From the NCBI GenBank assembly GCA_965250285.1, contig OZ252299.1, positions 2,336,001 through 2,400,000 of the forward strand: a stretch of 64,000 nucleotides of DNA. Reading direction: 5' to 3'. Every line of letters begins with the position of its first letter. Within the stretch, counting starts at the first letter, position 1. Below are positions 1-10,879 of the stretch, in pieces. The notes under the pieces are model-generated. The model had not been told where the DNA came from. It made no database searches and saw nothing but the letters and a program-made list of their open reading frames with translations. The stretch comes from Myxococcota bacterium. GTDB taxonomy: Bacteria; Myxococcota_A; UBA9160; UBA4427. Made by a program: the position numbers and the translations under genes.

Positions 1-2
1 AG

Positions 3-1214
<1,212 letters not shown>

Positions 1215-1538
1215 CCTCGACGCTGCGCAGTCGCCTCGGCGCGACTCGGCCGGCGCACGAGGCGGTGCGCCGGGCCGCCGGCGCCCGGCGCAGCACGCGG
1301 CCGACGCCCTGGCGGCCCGCGGCGACTCGGTCCACGCGCCCAACGGTCTCGACGCACGTCCGCGCCCGTGCGCCCGGGCGGGCCCAATCGCCCCCGGCGC
1401 TCGCCCTCTGTCCAGATCCGCACGCGGGCGCACCCCGGGGCCGTTCGTTCCGGCCGCGTCGCGCATCCACCCGAACACGCGGCGAGCCACCGAGGTATTC
1501 TTGGGGCGAACCAGCGCGCACCAGGTGGAGGACCCGTC

Positions 1539-3359
1539 ATGCAGCTCAAGCGATTCGGTGAAGCGATTGCCCACGTCGATCTCACGACCGGGAACATCGA
1601 GACCCGATCCGCCCCGCCCGAGTGGGTCCGCAAGTACGTCGGCGCCCGCGGCCTCGGCGTGCGGTACGTGCTCGAGGCCGGCGCCGAGATCGATCCCTTC
1701 TCTCCCGAGAACCGTCTGTGTTTCATGAACGGTCCGCTGACGGGCAGCGAAGCGAACATGAGCGGACGCTGGGCGTGCATCACGAAGTCGCCCCTCACCG
1801 GCACCGTGACCGACAGCCACCAGGGCGGCTGGACCGGCGCGCGCCTGCGCTGGGCCGGCTTCGATGGCCTGGTCTTCGAAGGCCGTGCCGAGCAGCCGGT
1901 CTACGCCTTCATCGAAGACGGCTCGATCGAGCTGCACGACGCGACCGACCTGTGGGGCAAGGGCATTCACGAGACCTGCGACATGCTGAAGGAACGCCAT
2001 GGCGCGAAGGATCTCGCGGTCTGCGCGATCGGACCTTCCGGCGAGAACAAGGGGCGCTTCGCCGCCTGGGTAAACGACGACGACCGCGCGTTCGGCCGAG
2101 GCGGCACCGGCGCCATCGGCGGCGACAAGAACCTCAAGGCCATCGTGATCCGCGCGGCGCGCGCCAAGAGCGAAGACGTCGACGACGCAGCATGGCGGCA
2201 GACCCGCAAGGAAGCCCTCGATCTGATCCGCGACGAGAAGAACATCACGAGCCCCAAGAAGGGTGGGCTCTCGGTGTACGGCACCAACGTCCTCATGAAC
2301 GTGACCAATTCGATTGGCGCGCTCGGCGTACGAAACAGCCAGAAGACGAGCTTTGGGGACCGCGCAGAGAAGATCAGCGGCGAGACCGTCGAGCAGACGA
2401 TCCTCTGCGGCGATCCGACCTGTCACGCCTGCCCGGTCGCATGCAAGAAGGAGGTCCAGATCGAAGAAGGCCCCTTCTCGGGCCTCAAGATGGAGAGTGT
2501 CGAGTACGAGCCCGCGTGGGCGCTCGGGGCCAACTGCGACAACGACGACATCGCGTCGGTCGCGAAGATGATCGACCAGTGTAACGACCACGGCATGGAT
2601 CCGATCGAGCTCGGCAACGTGCTCTCGATGTACATGGAGGCCACCGACCGCGGCTACGTGAACGGCGGCGACGGACTCGCGTGGGGTGACATTCCGGCGA
2701 TGGTGGCGATGACCGACCGCATCGGTCTGCGCGATGGGCCCGAAGGCGACCTGCTCGCCGAAGGCACGGCGCGTGCCGCCGAGAAGCTCGGCCATCCCGA
2801 GCTCGCCATGGTGTGCAAGGGCCAGGCGGTGCCGGCCTACGACCCGCGCGGCCTCAAGGGCATGGGGCTCGGCTACGCGACGAGCAACCGCGGCGCGTGT
2901 CACCTGCGGGCCTACGTCGCCGCGGCCGAGCTTGGTGTCGTCGGCATCGACAGCGACCCCCTCGCCTGGAAGGGCAAGGGTGAGCTGGTGAAGACCTTCC
3001 AGGATCTGCACGCTTTCGGCGACAGCATGGATCTGTGCAAGTTCAGCGCGTTCGCGATGGGCGCCGACGAGTACGCGGCCCAGCTCGCCGTGGCCCGGGG
3101 CGAGGACTACACCGCCGAAGACGTGATGAAGGCGGGCGAGCGCATCTACAACCTCGAGCGCCACTACAACAACCTCGCCGGCTTCGGCACCGGCTCGGAC
3201 ACCCTGCCCCGTCGGTTCCTCGACGAGCCGTCCACCGAGGCAGGCTCGAAGGGGCACGTGTCGGAGCTGGACGACATGCTCGCCGAGTACTACGCGGCCC
3301 GCGGCTGGGACGACGCCGTCGTGCCCGACGCGAAGCTCGCCGAGCTCGAGATTCCGTAG
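1539..3359 (+). CDS. aor: Aldehyde ferredoxin oxidoreductase family (tungsten-pterin AOR)
   Basis: KSPLTG, GFDGLVFEG, GRGGTGA..KNLKAI, CHACPVAC Fe-S motif, EYE, DPRGLKGMGLGYATSNRGACH; ATG 1539 follows GGAGGA. Confidence 0.93.
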   Translation: MQLKRFGEAIAHVDLTTGNIETRSAPPEWVRKYVGARGLGVRYVLEAGAEIDPFSPENRLCFMNGPLTGSEANMSGRWACITKSPLTGTVTDSHQGGWTGARLRWAGFDGLVFEGRAEQPVYAFIEDGSIELHDATDLWGKGIHETCDMLKERHGAKDLAVCAIGPSGENKGRFAAWVNDDDRAFGRGGTGAIGGDKNLKAIVIRAARAKSEDVDDAAWRQTRKEALDLIRDEKNITSPKKGGLSVYGTNVLMNVTNSIGALGVRNSQKTSFGDRAEKISGETVEQTILCGDPTCHACPVACKKEVQIEEGPFSGLKMESVEYEPAWALGANCDNDDIASVAKMIDQCNDHGMDPIELGNVLSMYMEATDRGYVNGGDGLAWGDIPAMVAMTDRIGLRDGPEGDLLAEGTARAAEKLGHPELAMVCKGQAVPAYDPRGLKGMGLGYATSNRGACHLRAYVAAAELGVVGIDSDPLAWKGKGELVKTFQDLHAFGDSMDLCKFSAFAMGADEYAAQLAVARGEDYTAEDVMKAGERIYNLERHYNNLAGFGTGSDTLPRRFLDEPSTEAGSKGHVSELDDMLAEYYAARGWDDAVVPDAKLAELEIP

Positions 3360-3369
3360 GCCTGCGGCC

Positions 3370-3645
3370 GTGCAGGTACGCTTCTACGCGACGCTGCGCG
3401 CGATCGTCGGCGCAAAGACGATCGAGGTCGCCCTCGAGCCCGGCGCGACGGTGCGCGATCTGGCCGAGCGGCTCGTCGAGACCTATCCCGATCTCGACGA
3501 GTACGTCTTCGACGAGCAGCGCGCCATCGCCCGCACCGTGCACTTCATGGTCGACGGACGCAACGCGCGCTGGCTCGACGGCGAAGCCACCGTGCTCGAG
3601 GCGCACCACGAGATCGACGTGTTCCCGCCGGTCGCGGGGGGCTGA
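3370..3645 (+). CDS. MoaD/ThiS family ubiquitin-like sulfur carrier
   Basis: 91 aa, starts VRFYATLR, ends FPPVAGG (C-terminal GG), directly after AOR. Confidence 0.93.
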   Translation: MQVRFYATLRAIVGAKTIEVALEPGATVRDLAERLVETYPDLDEYVFDEQRAIARTVHFMVDGRNARWLDGEATVLEAHHEIDVFPPVAGG

Positions 3646-3651
3646 CCCGCC

Positions 3652-4605
3652 TCAGCGCTTCGCCAGCGCGCGCTCGAGGGCGCCCATCATGTCGGTCTGA
3701 GCCCTTTGCGACACCGCCGCGCCGGCGACGAGCGCCGAGCCGTGGAACGTGCCGGGATACTGGTGCAGCTCGGTCGCGACCCCCGCCTGGAGCAGACGCA
3801 GCGCATACTCGATGCCCTCGTCGCGCAGCGGGTCGAACTCCATCGTCGAGACGAAGGCCGGCGGCAGACCCGAAAGATCATCTGCGATCGAGGGCGAGGC
3901 GTAGGGCGACACCTCACCCGGATCTTCACCCAGGTAGCAGCGCCAGCTCTGGATCGCGTTCGGCCGATTCCAGAGCGGCGTGTCGACGAAGTCGCGCATC
4001 GAGGGGGTCTCGAGGCGATGGTCGAGCTCGGGGATGCCGAGCACCTGGAAGCAGAGCTTCGGCCCGCCCCGGTCGCGGGCCATCAGCGCGACCCCCGCCG
4101 ACAGACCGCCGCCCGCGCTCTGCCCCATGACCGCGACGCGGTCGCGATCGACCCCGAGTGCGTCCGCCTCGCGGTCGAGCCACTCGAGCGCCGCATAACA
4201 GTCTTCGACGCCAGCGGGAAACGGATGCTCGGGGGCGAGCCGATACTCGACCGAGACGACGACCGCGCCGACGCTGCGCGTGGTTGCGACGGCGCCGAGA
4301 TGCTCGAACTCGATCGAACCGAAGCAGAAGCCGCCCCCGTGGATGTAGAGCACCGCCGGCAGGGTGTCTTCGGAACGTGTGCCTTCCGGGCGGTAGACCC
4401 GAACGGGAACATCGGGCTCGCCCGCTGGCCCCGGCACCACACGATCTTCGTGGACGACGCCGGCTTCGGCATCGGGCGACGCCGGCGCGAGGTTCACCAT
4501 CTCGAGCATCTGCGCGCGCGCGGCGTCGAGATCGGACCAGTCGGTTTCGGTCGGGAGCATGGGGACGATGGGCGCGATCTCGGGGTCGTAGACGCGTTCG
4601 GGCAA
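3652..4605 (-). CDS. Alpha/beta hydrolase, hormone-sensitive-lipase family esterase
   Basis: HGGGF oxyanion motif, YRLAPEHPFP, GQSAGG nucleophile, DPLRDE, FHG; TTG start after AAGGAG. Confidence 0.92.
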   Translation of the reverse strand: MPERVYDPEIAPIVPMLPTETDWSDLDAARAQMLEMVNLAPASPDAEAGVVHEDRVVPGPAGEPDVPVRVYRPEGTRSEDTLPAVLYIHGGGFCFGSIEFEHLGAVATTRSVGAVVVSVEYRLAPEHPFPAGVEDCYAALEWLDREADALGVDRDRVAVMGQSAGGGLSAGVALMARDRGGPKLCFQVLGIPELDHRLETPSMRDFVDTPLWNRPNAIQSWRCYLGEDPGEVSPYASPSIADDLSGLPPAFVSTMEFDPLRDEGIEYALRLLQAGVATELHQYPGTFHGSALVAGAAVSQRAQTDMMGALERALAKR

Positions 4606-4738
4606 GACGCTCTCCTTTTCGATGGGCGCCAGATGGGCGCCATCGATCGTAGGGGGCTCACCCGAGCGGGTCGATCCCTGCACCAGGAAGCCGATTCGAG
4701 TGGTCGTCTGCTCGGCGCCTTCGTGCGAACATGCGCGC

Positions 4739-6856
4739 ATGACGTCCCCCACTCGGCGACGAAGCCTCGAAGGTGGGCTCGCGCTCTCGATCGTGATCGT
4801 CGGCGTCGCGCTGCTCGTCCACGCAACCACGCCCCCGGCCGCTCGCGACAGCGAAGCATCGGGAGAGAACGCGAGCCCCGTCGCCGACGCGGCCGCGCCC
4901 TTCGAACGCACCGAGGAGCGGGCCCCTTGCGCCCACGCCACGCCGATACGGCAGCCGATGTTCGGCGATCTGCACGTGCACTCGAGCTTCTCGTTCGACT
5001 CGTACACGTCGGGCCAGCGGGAGGATCCGTGGGCCGCCTATGGCTTCGGGCGAGGCGAATCGATCATCTTGCCCAATGCCGACGGCGACCTCGTCGTCGA
5101 GGCGAAGCTGAGACGCCCCCTCGACTTCGTATCGGTGACCGATCATGCCGAGTTCTTCGGCGACATCCGCGTCTGCACGGGTGATCCGTGGACGCTCGGC
5201 TACTGGACCCCCCTCTGCCTGCTCACGCGCACGAGCTACTTCTACCCGAGCCTCTTCGCAGCGGGCGAATGGGCCGAGCTCATCATGCAGGACCGCCCCG
5301 ATAAGGAGCGCCCGCTCGCGTGCGCCCTCACCGATTGCCCGGCGCGATCGAGCGAGGTGTGGGCCGAGATCCAGCGGGCCACCGAAGAGCACTACGACCG
5401 GAGCTCCGACTGCGAGTACACGACGTTCGTGGGCTACGAGTACACCGACACGCCCGGCGGCTACAACATGCACCGCAACGTCGTCTTCCGGAACGATCGC
5501 GTGACCGAAGACGCGATCGACTCGTTCGACATGGGCGCGCGCAACTTCCCGGGCTTGTGGAAGCGCCTACGCGCGGAGTGCACCGAGCGCGGCGACGGCT
5601 GCGACGTCATCACGATCCCGCACAACCCGAACCTCGCTGGCGGGCTGATGTTTCGTGACCCCGAGACGCCCGAAGAGGCGCGTGATCGCCTCGCGTTCGA
5701 GCCGGTCGTCGAGCTGATCCAGCACAAGGCGTCGTCGGAGTGTCGCTACGACCGACTCGAAGGACGCGGGCTCGAGACCAACGACGAACAGTGCACGTTC
5801 GAGCAGAACCTCACCGACAATCTCGCGTCGCTGGCCATCCTCTTCGGCGAGCTGCAATCCGACCAGGGCGCACCAGTCGCGCTCGACGACTTCTCGCCTC
5901 GCAACCTGGTGCGCAACGTGCTGAAGGACGGCCTCGCGCTCGGCGCGGACGGCGGCGTGAATCCGTTCCAGATGGGGTTCATCGGCAGCACCGACACTCA
6001 CAGCGCAGCGCCCGGCGCCACCGAAGAAGACAACTACCCCGGACACCTGGGCAAGCGCGACGCGGGCTACCGCAATGTGCAGGATCACTACCAGGACAAC
6101 CCGGGCGGCCTCGCCGTCGTCTGGGCCGAGGAGAACTCGCGCGACGCCATCTTCGCCGGGCTCGAGCGCCGGGAGACCTACGCGACGAGCGGCACGCGGC
6201 CGACGCTGCGCTTCTTCGCCGGCGCCGATCTCTCCGAAGACCTGTGCGCCCGGGTCGACGCGATCGAGACGGCCTACGCATCGGGCGTGCCGATGGGCGG
6301 CGAGCTCGAGGCCGAGGCCGGCGCGCCGCGGTTCTTCGTCTCGGCGATGCAGGACGCGGGCAGCCCCGGGCATCCCGGCACCGCCCTGCAGCGTCTCCAG
6401 ATCGTGAAGGGCTGGGTCGACGCCGGCGGGATCACGCACGAGCAGGTCTTCGACGTCGCGGGCGGACCGAACGACGCCACGGTCGACACCGACACGTGCG
6501 CGCCGATCGGCGAAGGACACGCGAGCCTCTGCTCGGTCTGGACCGACCCGGGGTTCGACCCGACCGTCGACGCGTTCTACTACGTGCGCCTGCTCGAGAA
6601 CCCGAGCTGCAGGTGGAGCACCCTGCAGTGCATGGACGTGGGCGTGAACCCGTTCGCTGACGACTGTGAGGCCCAGGCCTCGGCGGCAGACGAGCGGTTC
6701 CACGCACAGGGGGCCATGGGCAACGTGTGGGGCAACTGCTGCCTCAGCGCCGACGACCAGCCCTTCCTGTCGCCGACGATCCAGGAACGCGCCTGGTCTT
6801 CCCCGGTGTGGATCCACCGGGTGAAGACCGAGATCGCGTCGACCGGTCGCCCCTGA
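4739..6856 (+). CDS. DUF3604 family PHP-like secreted/membrane-anchored metallohydrolase
   Basis: N-terminal hydrophobic segment; FGDLHVHSSFSFD, LDFVSVTDHAEF, MHRNVVFR, IPHNPN, STDTH, TIQERAWSSPVW. Confidence 0.88.
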   Translation: MTSPTRRRSLEGGLALSIVIVGVALLVHATTPPAARDSEASGENASPVADAAAPFERTEERAPCAHATPIRQPMFGDLHVHSSFSFDSYTSGQREDPWAAYGFGRGESIILPNADGDLVVEAKLRRPLDFVSVTDHAEFFGDIRVCTGDPWTLGYWTPLCLLTRTSYFYPSLFAAGEWAELIMQDRPDKERPLACALTDCPARSSEVWAEIQRATEEHYDRSSDCEYTTFVGYEYTDTPGGYNMHRNVVFRNDRVTEDAIDSFDMGARNFPGLWKRLRAECTERGDGCDVITIPHNPNLAGGLMFRDPETPEEARDRLAFEPVVELIQHKASSECRYDRLEGRGLETNDEQCTFEQNLTDNLASLAILFGELQSDQGAPVALDDFSPRNLVRNVLKDGLALGADGGVNPFQMGFIGSTDTHSAAPGATEEDNYPGHLGKRDAGYRNVQDHYQDNPGGLAVVWAEENSRDAIFAGLERRETYATSGTRPTLRFFAGADLSEDLCARVDAIETAYASGVPMGGELEAEAGAPRFFVSAMQDAGSPGHPGTALQRLQIVKGWVDAGGITHEQVFDVAGGPNDATVDTDTCAPIGEGHASLCSVWTDPGFDPTVDAFYYVRLLENPSCRWSTLQCMDVGVNPFADDCEAQASAADERFHAQGAMGNVWGNCCLSADDQPFLSPTIQERAWSSPVWIHRVKTEIASTGRP

Positions 6857-6919
6857 ATCGAGCGCGTCGCGGATCGACCGCAGCGCCGAGCGGGACGCTC
6901 GACGCCGCGTTCGGCCATC

Positions 6920-8278
6920 TCAGCGCTGGGCGGCGGAACCACTCGCGGCGTGTCGGCCCGCGCCTCGGCGCCCGCGGTTGCGAGAACGTCGGCCGGACTC
7001 GCGCCCGCCCTCCTTCGCATCGCCATCCCGCCGCTTGCGGTTTCGACCGCCCGGCCGACCGCGGCGCTGTGCCGCCGCCGGTCGACGCCCTGCGTTGCGA
7101 CGACCACCCGCGTCTCCATCGAGATCGACGCCCTCGAAGCCCGGCACCGGCCGACGCTCGATGCGATCGCCGAGCATGCGCTCGGTGTCGCGCACCCAGT
7201 TTCGATCGGCGCTCGTGACGAAGGTGCAGGCCTTGCCCGACGCCTCAGAGCGACCGGTTCGGCCGATCCGATGCGTATAGGTCTCGGGCGTCGACGGCGG
7301 ATCGAAGTTGATCACGTAGTCGATGCCCGCCACGTCGAGGCCGCGCGCCGCGATGTCGGTCGCGACCAGGATGTCGTAGCGCCCCTGCCGAAAGCCCCGC
7401 ATCGCGCGGTCACGCTGCGACTGGCTCATGTTCCCCTGCAAGGCCACTGCACGGTGCCCCGCCTTGTCGAGCTGCTGGGCCATGCGCTTCGCGCGGTGCT
7501 TGGTGCGTGTGAAGACGATCGCGCTCTCGCAATCGTCCTCGGCGAGCACACGGTCGAGCAGCGCCCGCTTGCGGCCCTCGTCGATCGGCACCAGGAAGTG
7601 CTCGATACGCTCGGCCGGCGCGGTGTGGGCGAGCTCGACGACGTGGGGTTCGTCGAGCATCTCGTCCGCGAGCTTGCGGATCTCGCGAGGCATCGTCGCC
7701 GAGAAGCACAGGTTCTGCCGCTCCTCGGGCAGCCGCGCGATGATGCGTCGGATGTCGGGCAGGAAGCCGAGGTCGAACATGTGGTCGGCCTCGTCGAGGA
7801 CGAGGGTCTCGATGCCCGAGAGGTCGAGCAGACCACGCTGTGCGAGGTCGAGCACGCGGCCCGGGCAGCCGACGACGATCTCGGGCTTGCGCCGCAGCGC
7901 CTTCGCCTGGCTCGGAATCGGGACGCCGCCGAACACGGTGCAGGTCTGGATGCGCGTGAACTTCGCGAGGGTGCGCAGCTCGGCCTCGATCTGGCGGGCG
8001 AGCTCGCGGGTGGGCGCAAGGATCAGCACGAGCGGGCCCTCGCCCGGCTCTTCGAGCAGATACTGCAGGATCGGCAGGCCGAACGCGGCCGTCTTGCCGG
8101 TGCCCGTCTGGGCGAGCCCGAGGACGTCCTGCCCTTCGAGGCAGGCGGGGATGGCATCGGCCTGGATCGGCCGAGGGGTTTCGAAGCCCGCGGCCTTCAG
8201 GCCGCGCAGGAGCTTGCGATCGAGGTGAAAGTGGTCGAAGCCACACTCCACCGCGTCGTGCGTGGATGCACTGGACAA
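6920..8278 (-). CDS. DEAD-box ATP-dependent RNA helicase (RhlE-like)
   Basis: Q motif, AQTGTGKT, PTRELA, DEAD, SAT, ARGLD, HRIGRTGR, basic RG-rich tail; TTG start uncertain. Confidence 0.95.
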   Translation of the reverse strand: MSSASTHDAVECGFDHFHLDRKLLRGLKAAGFETPRPIQADAIPACLEGQDVLGLAQTGTGKTAAFGLPILQYLLEEPGEGPLVLILAPTRELARQIEAELRTLAKFTRIQTCTVFGGVPIPSQAKALRRKPEIVVGCPGRVLDLAQRGLLDLSGIETLVLDEADHMFDLGFLPDIRRIIARLPEERQNLCFSATMPREIRKLADEMLDEPHVVELAHTAPAERIEHFLVPIDEGRKRALLDRVLAEDDCESAIVFTRTKHRAKRMAQQLDKAGHRAVALQGNMSQSQRDRAMRGFRQGRYDILVATDIAARGLDVAGIDYVINFDPPSTPETYTHRIGRTGRSEASGKACTFVTSADRNWVRDTERMLGDRIERRPVPGFEGVDLDGDAGGRRNAGRRPAAAQRRGRPGGRNRKRRDGDAKEGGRESGRRSRNRGRRGAGRHAASGSAAQR

Positions 8279-8574
8279 ATGGGTTCTCCGCCGCGCGGGC
8301 GCACTTCGGGCGCGGCGCGCGGCCGTGTCTCCAACCCTGACAACAGAAAAGGGAAAGATCTCAGTTTGGGCGGCGCGACCTCGATCGGGGGGACGAGAGG
8401 TCCTGCTGTTCGCCGCTGCGGTGTCTGCCGTGCGAGCTGCACGATCGGTGCGTCACCGCGATGGCCGGTGGTATAGCCGGTTCCCCAGCGGGTCGCCAGC
8501 GCGGGGCCAAGCCCCGCCCGGTGGGGTGCTCATCGGCCGAAAACGGTCCGACTTGAACCCGCTGGCGCCGGGCC

Positions 8575-9429
8575 TCAGAGCTCGCCGGTCTTGAGCAGCT
8601 CCATCGGGTCGCGCGTATCGACGACGCCGAGATAGCCCCCGCCCTGCATGAGCGCATCGTGCGCGGCATAGCCGAGCAGCGCCTGCGCCTTCTCGGGCAA
8701 CGTGCGCGCGATCTCGGGCGGCACCGACAGGTAGTTGTTCTCCTCGGTGCGCAGCCAGCCGAGGTTGAAGCTCATGTGCATGCCACGACGGCGCGTCGAC
8801 TCGGTCGAGTTGGGCCCGCCGCCGTGGATCGTCGACCCGAGATACACGATGGCCGAGCCGGCCGGCATCTCGGCGACGGCGATCTCGTCTTCCTGCGCCT
8901 CGCGATCGCGGGGCCAGCGGTGGCTGCCCGGAACGATGCGTGTCGCGCCGTTCTCGGCGGTGAAGTCTTCGAGCGCGATGATCGAAGCCACCTGCAGCTC
9001 GGGGTGCGGCTGCGGCATGTGGATCCAGACGAGCTCATCACGATGCAGCAGCTGTGGCTCACTGCCCGGCCCACGATCGAGCACGTGCGCGACGTTCAGC
9101 TGGTAGTTTGCGCAGCTCGGCAGCAGGATCTCATCGCACACTGCCAGCAGCGCCGGATGCACGAGTACTTCTTCGGCGAACACCCGCGACTTGGCTGCGA
9201 CCCCGGTGATGTGCCGCGTCTGCGCACCCATGAACCACTCGACGGCCGGCGAGAGGACCGCCTTGCCCTCTTCGGTCTTCTCGAGATGCGCGTCGATCTC
9301 GGCGTTGAACCGCACGAGCACGTCGGCCGCGAGAAAATCGTCGAGGATGACGACCCCCTCGGCCTCGAGCTGCGACACGATCTCGGACGTCGGCGCGCTG
9401 GCCTTCAGATGTTCGACGTGGGCTGCCAT
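8575..9429 (-). CDS. Phytanoyl-CoA dioxygenase (PhyH) family Fe(II)/2OG dioxygenase
   Basis: QLLHRD (HxD), DFTAENGATRIVPGSH, HGGG, GWLRTEEN. Confidence 0.92.
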   Translation of the reverse strand: MAAHVEHLKASAPTSEIVSQLEAEGVVILDDFLAADVLVRFNAEIDAHLEKTEEGKAVLSPAVEWFMGAQTRHITGVAAKSRVFAEEVLVHPALLAVCDEILLPSCANYQLNVAHVLDRGPGSEPQLLHRDELVWIHMPQPHPELQVASIIALEDFTAENGATRIVPGSHRWPRDREAQEDEIAVAEMPAGSAIVYLGSTIHGGGPNSTESTRRRGMHMSFNLGWLRTEENNYLSVPPEIARTLPEKAQALLGYAAHDALMQGGGYLGVVDTRDPMELLKTGEL

Positions 9430-9467
9430 GACACATCTCCTCGGCTTCTCGATCGGGCCCGCTCAGT

Positions 9468-10751
9468 CTACTCCGAAACGCGGCGGCCCCGTCGTCCATC
9501 CTCGCGCCGATTGCGTCGCGCGGCCGGACCGAGACGCATATCGGCGGTCGACGCACGCAGATACCGCAGCCCCTTGATCGGGCTGCGCAACAGGCCCCGG
9601 GCCACCTTGCGCAGCATCAACCTGCGCGAGTCCATGGTCGTCGGCATCGCACCCCGCATCTCGCCCGCGAGGCCATGACCCACGAATGGGGTGACGGGCA
9701 CGGTGAGCGAGAGCGTCTCTCGACGCGGGATGTGGCACGCTTGATCGTCACAGGCCTGATAGTCGACGTGCACGGCGATCGAGATCTCTTCGACCTCGAT
9801 GTCGTCCATCAACCCGGCGATGCGATCGTCGGCGACGACCGGGACCACGAAGTCGACGCGTCCATCCCACACGGCCAGCTCGAGACCGAGCGCCGGCAGC
9901 GTGAGGGGATGCGTCGGCGGCTTGCGCACCTCACCCACCTGAAGCCCTTCGGGCCCTGCGACCCGAATGCGCGTCGCCACCATGCCCTCGGGCACCGGCT
10001 CGTCGTAGATGTGCAGGCCCGCGGCGAGCTCGAAACGAACGACGATCTCACGGTGCACGGCGCCCTTCAGCGTGCCTCCGCCGCCGTGATACGTCGCCGA
10101 GACGCAAATCTGGTCGTCGCCCCCAGCGTCGGTGGGCTCGCCTTCGCCCAGCAGGATCTCGCCCAGCGCGCTGTCGATCATGCTCTCGGGCGATGATCGC
10201 TCGGCGAGGTTGCGATGGAAGAGCTTCTCGACGACTGCACCCGACTCGTCGAGCACGTAGGTGCCCGGGAACGGAATGCCGTGGAACGGAACCTGGTCGG
10301 GGGTGACGTTGTGGTTCAGCAGGCCGAGCTCACGGATCCACTTCGAGCCCTTGTCGCTCAAGAGCGGGTACGTGATGCCGTGGTGCCGCGCAAACTCGGC
10401 CAGCTCACCGGGACGGTCGTACGAGATCGCGTAGAGCTTGACTCCGGCGGCTTCGAATCTCGACTGCGCGTCTTGCAGCTCGACCAGCTGCGTCATGCAA
10501 GGCGGTCACCAGACCGCCGAGCGATAGAACACGACGGCCGCCCGGGCGTTGCCCCGGTCGGCGTGCAGGTCGAGCGGCACCCCCTGCGACGACTTCAGCA
10601 CGATGTCGGGAAAGCGCTCGCCGACGGCGGGTCTGGGGTCGAAGTCGTGCGACGGCGGGATGCGCTGACCGTCGGTCGCGCGCCGCGGGCCCACGAAACC
10701 GAACTCGTCTCGAAACTCGGGGTAGTCGTCGTAGCTGCGGCCGCTGCCCAT
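9468..10751 (-). CDS. Probable selenoprotein: AhpC/TSA redoxin domain (UxxC) fused to DsbD-N-like domain, 427 aa with Sec at residue 82
   Basis: ORFs 10506-10751 and 9468-10496 are in frame: TTC TAT CGC TCG GCG GTC TGG TGA CCG CCT TGC ATG = FYRSAVW-U-PPC-M; redoxin motifs lie on both sides of the TGA; C-terminal YQACDDQACHIP. Confidence 0.85.
10475..10491 (-). promoter_or_regulatory. Candidate bacterial SECIS hairpin
   Basis: At +15..+31 after the TGA: GCAGCT-GGTCG-AGCTGC, a perfect 6-bp stem with a G-led GGUC loop, resembling the fdhF SECIS apical loop. Confidence 0.7.
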
Positions 10752-10879
10752 CGTGTCTGCCTCGCATGAACCCGCGTGATCGTAGGCGATCGAGCGTTCA
10801 CCGGGCGAGTCGTTTCGGCCGGCACGAATCGCCTCTACGCTTCGAAGACGCGCGCCATGCGCACTGGAGACGTCCCCTC

